DNA from: Deltaproteobacteria bacterium
Lineage (GTDB): Bacteria; Myxococcota_A; UBA796; GCA-2862545
DNA length: 51,987 bases
Direction of reading: 5' to 3'
NCBI GenBank assembly: GCA_011376105.1
Contig: DRPG01000318.1
Span: 1-51,987 of the forward strand
The translations under genes and the position numbers were made by a program. This document shows, piece after piece, positions 1 to 8,501 of this stretch. Every line of letters begins with the position of its first letter. Positions within the stretch are counted from its first letter, which is position 1. The notes beneath the pieces are model-generated. The model did not search any database. It worked only from the letters and a program-made list of their open reading frames with translations, and was not told where the DNA came from.

Positions 1-297
1 CGGATCGCCGAGCTCGAGGGCCGGGTCGCCAGCGCCGAGGTGATCGACGTGACCAAGCTCCCGGCCAACGATCGGGTCGTGTTCGGGGTCACGGTGAAGA
101 TCGAGAACTCGGACTCCGGTGAAGAGCGCACCTGGCGCATCGTCGGGGAAGACGAGGCCGACGTCGAGCTGGGGAAGATCAGCTACAAGTCCCCCCTGGG
201 GCGCGCCCTGATCGGGTGCCGCGAGGGGGACGAGGCCGAGGTGCCCGCCCCGAGCGGAAAGCAGACCTGGGAAGTCGTCGAAGTCTCCTACCGATGA
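1..297 (+). CDS. greA: Transcription elongation factor GreA, C-terminal part (5' end lies upstream of the window)
   Basis: Frame 1 is open from nt 1. The tail ...GKISYKSPLGRALIGCREGDEAEVPAPSGKQTWEVVEVSY matches the GreA/GreB C-terminal domain pattern (S.SP.G.AL.G...GD). Stop TGA at 295-297. Confidence 0.85.
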   Translation, partial: RIAELEGRVASAEVIDVTKLPANDRVVFGVTVKIENSDSGEERTWRIVGEDEADVELGKISYKSPLGRALIGCREGDEAEVPAPSGKQTWEVVEVSYR

Positions 298-2876
298 CAC
301 ACCCGGCCGGCGCCTCCACGACCCCAGCGGAGCCGCCGCTGCCGCTGGCCGAGCTGGATCGAGCGCTGCGGCCCGTCCGTCGGGTGATCCGATACGCGAT
401 GATGCCCGGCGCCCGCGCCCGCTTCGTCGAGCGCAACACCGCACGTCACCTCGACGGGGCCCTGGCCCTGGATCTGCCCAGGGCCCTGCGCGAGGATCTG
501 GCGTCGGTCGCCGCCGGGCTCGCGGGCTTCGACGCTGCCCCCGAGGTCGAGCAGCGCACCCGGCTGTCCGAGGTCTACGCCGGCCTGGCCCGGGTGGACG
601 CCGTCGCGGGCCTGCCGCTGCCGATGAGGCGGCTCAAGCCCATCTCCAAGCCGATCCAGCGCGACGTGCCCGAGCCGCCTGAGCCCAGCGCGCCCGCTGC
701 GTCCACGGCGCCCGCCAAGGACCCACCGCCGGCCGGAGACGATGCACCGCCGAGGCCCCCCGACGACGCCTTGTCTCCCCCGGACGAGCCCGGGGGAGAC
801 AAGGCCCCGGAGCCCGTCCAGATCCGACCGTCGACGCCGCTGAGCGAGCTCGATCCAGCCCTGGGCGAGGCCCTGGCCCAGCACGGGCTGACCACGGTCG
901 CAGATCTGCTCGGGCTCCGCCCCGCGGCCTGGGAGACCCTCGAGATCCATGGCGCCGGGCGGCCCCCGCCGCAGCGGCGGGTGGCCCTGGGGGGGCGCCT
1001 GAGCGGTGGGTGGTGGGTCCTGTCCCCCTCGGGAGAGCGTCGTCGCCGTTCTCGCCTGGTGGGTGCCGCCGCGGTCCAGATCCAGTGGGCATCCGAGGCG
1101 GTGGCGCCCTGGCTGGAGCTCGATCGGAAGGTGGTGATCGTCGGCGACGTGCTCAGCGATGGCCTCGTCGCTGAGGCTGAGATCGTGGTGGGGGAGGGCT
1201 CGGTGGTGCACCTGCCGCGCTACGAGCTGCAGGAGATCGAAGATCGTGCGCTGCGGGCCCTGGTGACGGTGTGCTCGGAGAGGCTGGGGCCAGTGCGGGA
1301 TCCCGTCTCGAGCGAGCTGCTCAAGCGCCTCTCGCTCCCACCCCGGGGCGACGCCCTGATCGGCGTGCACCGCCGGGATCCACAGGCCCGCTGCCGCCTT
1401 GCCTTCGACGAGGCGCTGTTGGTCCAGCTCGCCGGGGCCCTGCCCCGGGCCCGCGGGCCCCGGAAGCGGGGGCTGCCTCACCATGTGGTGCATGGCTTCG
1501 CTGGCCACATCAGCCAGACCCTGGGGCTGATCCTCGACGATGATCAGCAGCGCTGCTTCGAGGACGTGAAGCGGGAGCTGCGCAGGGCGGTGCCCATGCG
1601 CCGGGTGATCACCGGAGAGGTCGGGGCGGGCAAGGGTGCCGTCGCCCTGATGGCCACCGCCACGGTGGTGGAGGGGCGCGCCCAGGTGCTGGTGCTGGCC
1701 GACGACGACGCCGGGGCCGCGACACGGTTCCTGCACAGCGAGCAGGTCCTCCGGGAGGGGGGCATGATCTGCAGGCTGGTGCAGTCGCCCCCCACCGGAT
1801 CCCAGCGTGACGCGATCCGGCGCGGGGAGGTCCACGTCGTCTTTGGCAGCCTGGAGCTGCTCGAGCACGAGCTGGCGTTCCGTCGGCTGGGGCTGGTGGT
1901 GGCGATCGAGCGAGAGCGGTGGGGGCACGCGAGCCAACTCCACGCCCAACTCCCCGCTCCGCTCCCCGATCTGCTCGTGCTGACCTCGGTGCCCGTCGGC
2001 CCCCGCCTGTTGATGACGGCGTATGCCGATCACGACGTGAGCGTGCTGACGGATCGCCTGCGCAGGCCCGCGAGCATCACCCTGTGCCACGCCGATCAGC
2101 GCGCGGAGGCCTACGCAAAGCTCCGGCGGGTGGTGGAGCAGGGGCACCAGGCCATCGTGGTGTTCCCGATGGTCCGGGGCAAGGATCCCCTCGACGCCAG
2201 GGAGGCCCTGCGCATGGTGCGTGCCCTCGAGGCGGACGCCCTGGCGGGGATGTCGGTGGGCCTGTTCCATGGCTCGATGCCCGCCGACGAGCGCCAACGG
2301 GTGTACGAGGACTTCTCCCACCGTCGCCTCCAGGTGCTGGTCTGCACGACCCGGATCGAGGAGGGCCCCAAACCCCCAGGGGTCGCGGTGTTGGTGGTCG
2401 AGCAGGCCGAGTCGGTGGATGCCTGGCGGCTACATCGCCTGATCGGCTTCCTCTCCCGCAGCGCCGTGCCCTCGGAGGCGATCCTCGTCTCCGGGGATCT
2501 GGCCTCGGAGGAGGCCAAGGCCCGGCTGCTGCAGCTGCAGGAGGCCCCGAGCGGCACGGCCCTGACCGAGGCCCTGGTGGCGCAGCGCGGGGTGGAGCAG
2601 GTGGTCGCGGACGGCGTCCCACCGCTGCCCCAGCTGACCTGGCTGGATCTCGATCAGGATCTGAGCTTGGTCCTGAGCGCCCGGGACGAAGCCGCTCGCC
2701 TGTTGGGAGCTGATCCCGGCCTCCGCCGGGGCGCCCACGCCGAGATCGCGCGGGAGCTGTTCGAGCGCTGGGAGGAGCTGTGGCCCGAGGCGCCCCGATC
2801 CTGGGCGCCGCCCCGGCTGGAGGAGCCAGGGGAGCCAGGGCGCAAGCGTCGCCGCCGCCGTCGCCGTCGCCGGTAG
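294..2876 (+). CDS. RecG-like superfamily-2 helicase homologue with degenerate catalytic motifs and a poly-Arg C-terminus
   Basis: ATG at 294 overlaps the greA stop (ATGA). It is collinear with RecG: an OB/wedge-like region, then two RecA-like lobes (...VVFPMVRGKD..., GLFHGSMPADERQRVYEDFSHRRLQVLVCTTRIEEG). Motif I reads GEVGAGKG, the motif II position reads IERER, and the motif VI position reads HRLIGFLSRS. The protein ends RKRRRRRRRRR. Confidence 0.7.
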   Translation: MTHPAGASTTPAEPPLPLAELDRALRPVRRVIRYAMMPGARARFVERNTARHLDGALALDLPRALREDLASVAAGLAGFDAAPEVEQRTRLSEVYAGLARVDAVAGLPLPMRRLKPISKPIQRDVPEPPEPSAPAASTAPAKDPPPAGDDAPPRPPDDALSPPDEPGGDKAPEPVQIRPSTPLSELDPALGEALAQHGLTTVADLLGLRPAAWETLEIHGAGRPPPQRRVALGGRLSGGWWVLSPSGERRRRSRLVGAAAVQIQWASEAVAPWLELDRKVVIVGDVLSDGLVAEAEIVVGEGSVVHLPRYELQEIEDRALRALVTVCSERLGPVRDPVSSELLKRLSLPPRGDALIGVHRRDPQARCRLAFDEALLVQLAGALPRARGPRKRGLPHHVVHGFAGHISQTLGLILDDDQQRCFEDVKRELRRAVPMRRVITGEVGAGKGAVALMATATVVEGRAQVLVLADDDAGAATRFLHSEQVLREGGMICRLVQSPPTGSQRDAIRRGEVHVVFGSLELLEHELAFRRLGLVVAIERERWGHASQLHAQLPAPLPDLLVLTSVPVGPRLLMTAYADHDVSVLTDRLRRPASITLCHADQRAEAYAKLRRVVEQGHQAIVVFPMVRGKDPLDAREALRMVRALEADALAGMSVGLFHGSMPADERQRVYEDFSHRRLQVLVCTTRIEEGPKPPGVAVLVVEQAESVDAWRLHRLIGFLSRSAVPSEAILVSGDLASEEAKARLLQLQEAPSGTALTEALVAQRGVEQVVADGVPPLPQLTWLDLDQDLSLVLSARDEAARLLGADPGLRRGAHAEIARELFERWEELWPEAPRSWAPPRLEEPGEPGRKRRRRRRRRR

Positions 2877-2912
2877 CCGGCTGCCAGCCGCCGGGGCGGG
2901 GCCGCGACCCGC

Positions 2913-4070
2913 TCACATCTGGAGCACCAGGCCCGCCACGAAGAGGAAGATCAACAACATGAACGCCAGCAGGCCGATGACGTTGCCCGCGGTGGGGCCC
3001 CGCTGAAGCTCGAAGACCACGCTGGCCCGCTCCCCCCGCTCGGTCTCGATGGTGACCACGCCGGCGGTGGCCTCGTCGGTCAGGGCGCCCCGGTCGAGGC
3101 GGACCAGGATCTGCTGCTCTGCTGCGGAGGGATCGAGCTGATCAGGGGTGACGATCAGCCAGGGCACGTCTGCCTCGGCGCGGCCTCCCATCGATCCTGT
3201 GCCGCCGTTGCGGAGCTGGATCGTGGCCTCAGCCGGATCCGCCCGGAGGGACAGGGTGCGCACAGGATCCCCGAGCAGCTCCAGCCGGGAGACCCCACCG
3301 GGGGCCTCCAGCCGGGGCTGGGTGGGGCGCACCGTCTCCCGGGTGCGGGCGGGGGGGCCGGTGCGGGCGGTGGTGAGATCGTAGTGTCGGCGGGACTCCT
3401 CGTTCGACAGCACCTCCTTTGCGAGGGCGAGGCGCTCTCGCTCAGGATCGCCGGGCTGGAGCTCGGCGATCCGGTGCCCGTAGGCGTCCACCACCTCGAC
3501 GGGGGTGGCCCGGGGATCGACCCCGAGGAGCTTGTAGAGATCCTGGCTGCTCGGTGCGTGGCTCAGGGGATCTCCCTCCAGCGAGATCTGCATCTCGTCG
3601 GCGATGCGCTCCAGCACCTCCCGGAAGGTCTCCTCGCTGACTCCGAGCGAGAGCGCGTTGTGGCGGAGGTAGGCCTCCTGCTGCGCCCCGAGCCCGCCCC
3701 CGGCGAGGACACCCCGCACGGTCATCTCCAGGACAGGCAGGTGCTCGGACTCCGTGCGCCGTCGGACGTCTCGTAGGTAGGCCGGGCCGTCCTCGAGCAC
3801 CGTGCTGAGGCTGGAGAAGTGCTTGATGAGGAACAGCGCCTCGCGGCGGTACTTCGGGTTGGCCTGCATCCCCTGCATAAACTTCCTGCGGGACTTGAGC
3901 TTGGCTCGAGCCTCTGCAGGATCGACCTCCTCGGTGAGGCCAAGGTAGGTGAGCAGGTGGGGGGCTCCCACCAGCTCACAGAACGCTGCGGCGTTGTCGA
4001 GGTCGCGTAGTTCCATCTGTCGCCTGGCCGGGGACTCGTGTTTGTATCGAGCCTGGGGCGCATCGGTCAA
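2913..4070 (-). CDS. Tail-anchored membrane protein with a J-domain-like segment lacking the HPD motif
   Basis: DLYKLLGVDPRATPVEVVDAYGHRIAELQPGDPERERLALAKEVLSNEESRRHYD follows the J-domain helix II/III pattern, but the HPD position reads QPGD. A beta-rich middle region follows. The extreme C-terminus is one hydrophobic helix (NVIGLLAFMLLIFLFVAGLVLQM). Last gene of the Hsp70 cluster. Confidence 0.6.
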   Translation of the reverse strand: MTDAPQARYKHESPARRQMELRDLDNAAAFCELVGAPHLLTYLGLTEEVDPAEARAKLKSRRKFMQGMQANPKYRREALFLIKHFSSLSTVLEDGPAYLRDVRRRTESEHLPVLEMTVRGVLAGGGLGAQQEAYLRHNALSLGVSEETFREVLERIADEMQISLEGDPLSHAPSSQDLYKLLGVDPRATPVEVVDAYGHRIAELQPGDPERERLALAKEVLSNEESRRHYDLTTARTGPPARTRETVRPTQPRLEAPGGVSRLELLGDPVRTLSLRADPAEATIQLRNGGTGSMGGRAEADVPWLIVTPDQLDPSAAEQQILVRLDRGALTDEATAGVVTIETERGERASVVFELQRGPTAGNVIGLLAFMLLIFLFVAGLVLQM

Positions 4071-4199
4071 CGATCCAGATCTCCCCGGTGGAGACGCCGA
4101 GCCAACGATCGTGGCTCCGGGTGGCTCGTGGGGTCTGGATGGAGTGTGCGGTGGCTCGGGATCTCCGGCGCGCTCCCGCTCAGACCATGCGAGCTTGTA

Positions 4200-4236
4200 G
4201 TGGTCTAGCTGTTCGGGGCCGCGGTGGTCTAGCTGT
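4200..4236. repeat. Perfect 13-bp direct repeat GTGGTCTAGCTGT (4200-4212 and 4224-4236), 24-bp period, in the gap between the lidless Hsp70 gene and the J-like gene
   Basis: Read directly from the sequence. It contains the CTAG tetranucleotide and lies 130-166 nt upstream of the J-like start codon (4070). Confidence 0.5.
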
Positions 4237-4278
4237 CTGAAGCGGTGGGGCCGGCTCGCCGGCTGCGTCGGGGGGGGA

Positions 4279-5958
4279 TCAGTCGACCACCATCCGGCTG
4301 GTGCGGCCCCGGGCGAGGGCGACCTCCTCAGCGGTCATGCCGCCCTGGAAGCGGATGTCGATCCCCTCTCGACCTCCGGTCTCCACGTCGATCACCTGGA
4401 CCTTGAGGATCTGGTTGACGCCGTAGCTGTAGACCACATCGATCCGGGTGCCCCGTGGACGCGGCGGCAGCCCGGTGAGCTCGACCTGGCCGATGACCGT
4501 GACCTCGTCCCGGAAGCTGCCGGAGCCCTCGGTGACCTCGATCCGCACCGCGGTCATGTTCTCGAAGGCGTAGGCGAACTGGTGCTTGATCTCGTGGGGC
4601 AGCTTGGTGCCCTCGGGGATCAGCTCAAACACACGCTCCTGACGGGACTTGTTCAGGACGATGATCCCCAGCGGGTGGGTGGTGGCGTCCTCGATGGTGA
4701 CGTCGGGGAGCCCTCCGGTGGCACCATCGCCCACCGCGTCCTGGGCGACGTGGCCGCCGTAGGCCAGGCCGATCACCGCCCCCCGGGGGCTGGGCCTGGG
4801 CTCCACGGGGGGCTTGGGCCTAGGCTTGCGGAGCTCCTTGGCGCGATCCACCATCGCCCGGCGCTTCTCCCGCAGGGCGGGGTGATCGGGGCGGTGGCGG
4901 AACACACCCGCCAGCGACGCACCCAGGGCGACGCACTCCTCGGGGTTCACGTCCTCGGCGGGCTCCCGACCTGAGAGGTTGGTGAGCATCCTCCGGATCA
5001 TCGGCATCCGGGTGGAGCCCCCGACAAGCAAGACATCGTCGAGCTGATCCCAGGTCAGGCCGGCCTTCTCGAGCACGATGTTCGAGGTATCCTCGCACTG
5101 TTGCACCAGATCGGCGGTGATCTGCTCGAACAGATCGCGGGTGACCTTGACCGCCAGCCGCTTGCCCCGGTAATTCACCGGGACCACCGCACGTTCCTTG
5201 GTGGACAGGCAGATCTTGGCGTGCAGGCAGCGCTCATACAGCTCCTGGTAGGGCGCTGCGTCGTCGCGGGGATCGAGCTGGTACTTCTCGAAGAACTGCT
5301 CAGCGACGTAGTTGAGCAGCCGATCGTCCCAGTCTTTGCCGCCCAGCTCAGCGTTGCCGTCGCTGGCGATGGTCGACAGCTTGGTGCCCCGGATCTCCAT
5401 CACGGTCACGTCGAAGGTGCCGCCTCCGAGATCGAGCACCAGCAGCTTGCGCTGGCCCCCGATCCGATCGAGGCCATAGGCGATGGCAGCGGCGGTGGGC
5501 TCGTTGATGATCGACAGCACGTTGAGCCCGGCGATGGTGCCGGCCTCGGCGGTGGCGCCGCGCTGGGCTGAGTGGAAGTAGGCGGGCACGGTGATCACCG
5601 CGTCGACCACCGGACGCCCCAGCAGCTCCTCGGCGTCTTCCTTGAGCTTGCGCAGGATCAGGGCCGAGATCTCCTGCGGGGTGTAGGAGTGCCCGAAGAA
5701 CTCCAGCGTGAAGTCCTCCTCCCCCATGTGGCGCTTGATGAAGCGGACCACGTTCTCAGGATCGATGACCACCATCTTGACGGCCTCTTCCCCGACCACG
5801 CAGACGTTGCTGCCGTAGAAGTGGACCACCGACGGGGTCGTGGCGAAGCCCTCCCCGTTGGGCACGATCTCGGGCTTGCCGTGGTTGTTGACCAGCGCCA
5901 TCGCTGAGAAGGTGGTGCCCAGATCGATGCCGAGGACGATCTGGCTGTCATCCGACAT
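4279..5958 (-). CDS. Hsp70-family ATPase, short form without helical lid (NBD plus beta-sandwich substrate-binding domain only)
   Basis: Hsp70 signatures present: [56 protein letters not shown] Pro/Arg-rich insert ([20 protein letters not shown]) precedes the SBD-beta. The protein ends right after SBD-beta, at 559 aa. Confidence 0.9.
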   Translation of the reverse strand: MSDDSQIVLGIDLGTTFSAMALVNNHGKPEIVPNGEGFATTPSVVHFYGSNVCVVGEEAVKMVVIDPENVVRFIKRHMGEEDFTLEFFGHSYTPQEISALILRKLKEDAEELLGRPVVDAVITVPAYFHSAQRGATAEAGTIAGLNVLSIINEPTAAAIAYGLDRIGGQRKLLVLDLGGGTFDVTVMEIRGTKLSTIASDGNAELGGKDWDDRLLNYVAEQFFEKYQLDPRDDAAPYQELYERCLHAKICLSTKERAVVPVNYRGKRLAVKVTRDLFEQITADLVQQCEDTSNIVLEKAGLTWDQLDDVLLVGGSTRMPMIRRMLTNLSGREPAEDVNPEECVALGASLAGVFRHRPDHPALREKRRAMVDRAKELRKPRPKPPVEPRPSPRGAVIGLAYGGHVAQDAVGDGATGGLPDVTIEDATTHPLGIIVLNKSRQERVFELIPEGTKLPHEIKHQFAYAFENMTAVRIEVTEGSGSFRDEVTVIGQVELTGLPPRPRGTRIDVVYSYGVNQILKVQVIDVETGGREGIDIRFQGGMTAEEVALARGRTSRMVVD

Positions 5959-5960
5959 GA

Positions 5961-6467
5961 TCAGGCCTTCCTGCCACGGTACCGCAGGATGATGACCTCC
6001 TCGGGGCGGAGCGGCTTCTGAGCCCGGGAGAAGCCCCGCTTGAGGACCTGGGAGATGCTGTAGTCTGCCTGCTCGTCGTCGGTCTCGTCGACCTTGACCG
6101 CCCGGTGCAGGGTGCGATCGAACCGCTCACACGCCTCGACGGGCACGACGTCGCGCCGGTACAGCACCTCGAGGAACTCGTCGATGAGGTACTGGAAGCT
6201 GTCGGCGATCACGTCCGGGGACATCTCCTGCTTGATCAGGCTCTCCTGGAACCAGTTCATCGAGTCGTAGAACAACAGCAGGTCGAGCAGCAGGGGCTTC
6301 TCTGCCTGAAAGAGGAAGTCCTCCTTGTACTGGCGCAGCTCTTCGTAGAGCTGATCGAACGCTTTCTCCCGGACCTTGTCGTTGTTCAGACGATCGTTGA
6401 CCATCTTCTGCATCTCGCCTACTTCGTGGGCGAGCCTGCGCATGGCGTCGGTGGTGGATTCGGTCAC
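5961..6467 (-). CDS. Minimal GrpE-like nucleotide-exchange factor
   Basis: The C-terminal pattern ...VVPVEACERFDRTLHRAVKVDETDD...ISQVLKRGF..QKPLRPEEVIIL resembles the GrpE beta-domain (FDP..H.A....V...GY....LRPA.V.V). The start is uncertain: GTG at 6467 with GAGG 9 nt upstream, or ATG at 6443. The track's 6602 start would overlap the upstream gene by 119 nt and its N-terminus looks out-of-frame. The stop lies 2 nt before the next Hsp70 start. Confidence 0.6.
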   Translation of the reverse strand: MTESTTDAMRRLAHEVGEMQKMVNDRLNNDKVREKAFDQLYEELRQYKEDFLFQAEKPLLLDLLLFYDSMNWFQESLIKQEMSPDVIADSFQYLIDEFLEVLYRRDVVPVEACERFDRTLHRAVKVDETDDEQADYSISQVLKRGFSRAQKPLRPEEVIILRYRGRKA

Positions 6468-6483
6468 TACAACGAGCCTCGGA

Positions 6484-8490
6484 TCAGTCTGACGGGGCAC
6501 CGAGTTCGGTGGCCAGGTTGATGAAGGTGCCCTCGAGCTCGAGGGATTCATTGCAGAAGTGGAAGTCGCTCGGCCCGCTCGCCAGCGAGGAGAGGAACCC
6601 ACGCTGGACCTGATCGCCGACCCCGACGGTGATCACCCGGGCGCCCATCGCCCTCAGCTCGTGGACCTGCTTGAGCGTGGCCTCTGGATCGTCGGGGTGC
6701 CCATCGGTCATCACGACGAAGACCCGCTGGATGCCGGCCTTGGGCTTGAGCAGGTTGCGGGCGTCGTACAGGCCCTCCGACATGGGGGTGGAGCCGATGG
6801 GGGTCAGCGAGTCGATCGCCCACCGGAGCCGATCGAGGTTAGCGGTGAGGGTGGACTTGACGCCCCCAGGGAAGGCGACGACCGCCACCTGGCGGTTGGC
6901 CGACTCCAGCGTGTGGTGCACGAACGACAGCGCAGCCTTCTTGGCGTTCTCGATGTTGGCGCCGTACATCGAGCCCGAGCAGTCCACCACCAAGACCACC
7001 CACATCGGCGCGCGGTTGTTGGCGAGATCCTCCAGCGTGACGTGGCCTCCGGCGAGGCGGTGGGGCAGGATCTGGCCGGTCTCCAGATCCATGGCCTCGA
7101 CCTCGACGATCCCGTTGCTGTTGTAGCGGTAGGTGACCGCCAGCCTCGCCTGGCCTGCGGGCCTCGGCGCGATCCCGTAGAACTCGAAGTGCCCCAGCAC
7201 CGAGCACTTCAGGGGATCGGGATCCTCGCCCTGGACCAGCCACAGATCGATGGTGGCCTGGCCGTCGTAGGTGGTGGAGTAGTCGTCGCGGGTCTTCTCA
7301 GCGGGGATCCGGGTGTTCTTGCTGATGATCTTCGAGTTGTGCAGCTGCTTGTCGCGATAGACCACCATCCCGAGGGAGTGGGAGGTGACGTCGTGGGTCC
7401 GGATGTCGACCGGCGAGGCCTCCCCCGACAGCTCAGCGGCCTCGATGGCGGCGGTGAGCGCAGCACCCAGGGCCACGGCCTCGTCGGGGTTGATGTCGGT
7501 GGCGGGGGGCTTGCCAAAGGTGTTGTGCAGCATCTCCCGGACCATCGGCATCCGGGTGGAGCCTCCGGCGAGCAACACCACGTCGATGCTCTCGAAGCTG
7601 GCGCTGGCCTCCTGGACCACCGAGCGGGTCAGCACCTCGGTGCGCGACAGCAGATCCTCGGTGAGCTCCTCGAAGGTCTCCCGGCTGATGGCCAGCCGCA
7701 TGACCTTGTCGCCATAGTCGTGGAAGATGTTGACCTTGGGCCTGCGGGTGAGGCTGATCTTCGCCGACACACACTTCTGGCGTAGATCATGGTAGCTCGA
7801 CAGCTCCTCGAGGGGATCGACGCCGTGCTTCTCCTTGAATGCGGCGGCGACGTGGTGGATCAGACGATCGTCCCAGTCCTTGCCCCCCAGCAGGTGATCG
7901 CCGTCGGTGGCGATGACGTTGATCTCCTTGTCGGCGATGTCGACCAGGGTCACGTCGAAGGTGCCACCCCCGAGATCGAAGACCAGCACCCGGAGGTTCT
8001 GGCCCGCGTTGTTCAGCCCATAGGCGAAGGCTGCGGCGGTGGGCTCGTTGATGAGCTTGAGCACCTTCAGCCCAGCCAGCTCACCCGCCCGCAGGGTGGC
8101 GCGGCGCTGGATGTCGTTGAAGTAGGCAGGCACGGTGATCACGGCCTGATCGATCCGCTGGCCCAGCCTCAGCTCGGCGTCACCCTTGAGCTTCTGCAGG
8201 ATGATCGCAGAGAGCTGCTCGGGGTTGTAGTCCTTGCCCCGGAAGGTGAACCGGTATGAGTCGTCACCCATGTGGCGCTTGACGAACTCCACCACCTGCT
8301 CGGGGTGGGCCACCGCAGCATGCTTGGCGTAGCTGCCCACTGAGATGACGTCGTCTTCAAACAGCAGGACGCTCGGTGTGATCCGATCGCCCTCCGCGTT
8401 GGGCAGAACCTCAGGGACACCGTGCTGGTTGACGTATGCGATGGCCGAGAAGGTGGTCCCGAGGTCGATCCCGACCGCACCGATTGCCAT
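6484..8490 (-). CDS. Hsp70-family ATPase fused to a C-terminal von Willebrand factor A (vWA) domain
   Basis: ATG at 8490 is preceded by AGGAGG. NBD motifs: [58 protein letters not shown]-beta follows. The last 175 aa or so read VVLVVDCSGSM...IGSTPMSEGL...VVMTDGHPDD, i.e. MIDAS D-x-S-x-S...T...D. Confidence 0.85.
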   Translation of the reverse strand: MAIGAVGIDLGTTFSAIAYVNQHGVPEVLPNAEGDRITPSVLLFEDDVISVGSYAKHAAVAHPEQVVEFVKRHMGDDSYRFTFRGKDYNPEQLSAIILQKLKGDAELRLGQRIDQAVITVPAYFNDIQRRATLRAGELAGLKVLKLINEPTAAAFAYGLNNAGQNLRVLVFDLGGGTFDVTLVDIADKEINVIATDGDHLLGGKDWDDRLIHHVAAAFKEKHGVDPLEELSSYHDLRQKCVSAKISLTRRPKVNIFHDYGDKVMRLAISRETFEELTEDLLSRTEVLTRSVVQEASASFESIDVVLLAGGSTRMPMVREMLHNTFGKPPATDINPDEAVALGAALTAAIEAAELSGEASPVDIRTHDVTSHSLGMVVYRDKQLHNSKIISKNTRIPAEKTRDDYSTTYDGQATIDLWLVQGEDPDPLKCSVLGHFEFYGIAPRPAGQARLAVTYRYNSNGIVEVEAMDLETGQILPHRLAGGHVTLEDLANNRAPMWVVLVVDCSGSMYGANIENAKKAALSFVHHTLESANRQVAVVAFPGGVKSTLTANLDRLRWAIDSLTPIGSTPMSEGLYDARNLLKPKAGIQRVFVVMTDGHPDDPEATLKQVHELRAMGARVITVGVGDQVQRGFLSSLASGPSDFHFCNESLELEGTFINLATELGAPSD

Positions 8491-8501
8491 GTAGGGTGCC
8501 T

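Noticed and set aside
288-2321. 677-aa ORF on the minus strand
   Set aside because: It is antisense to the RecG-like gene, has a low-complexity R/G/P/H-rich translation, and shows no recognisable domain.
2913-8490. Interpretation as the housekeeping dnaK-grpE-dnaJ heat-shock operon
   Set aside because: There are two Hsp70s, neither with a lid domain, and one with a vWA tail. The GrpE-like protein is minimal. The J-like protein lacks HPD, a G/F region and a Zn finger, and is membrane-anchored. No CIRCE (TTAGCACTC-N9-GAGTGCTAA) element was seen upstream.
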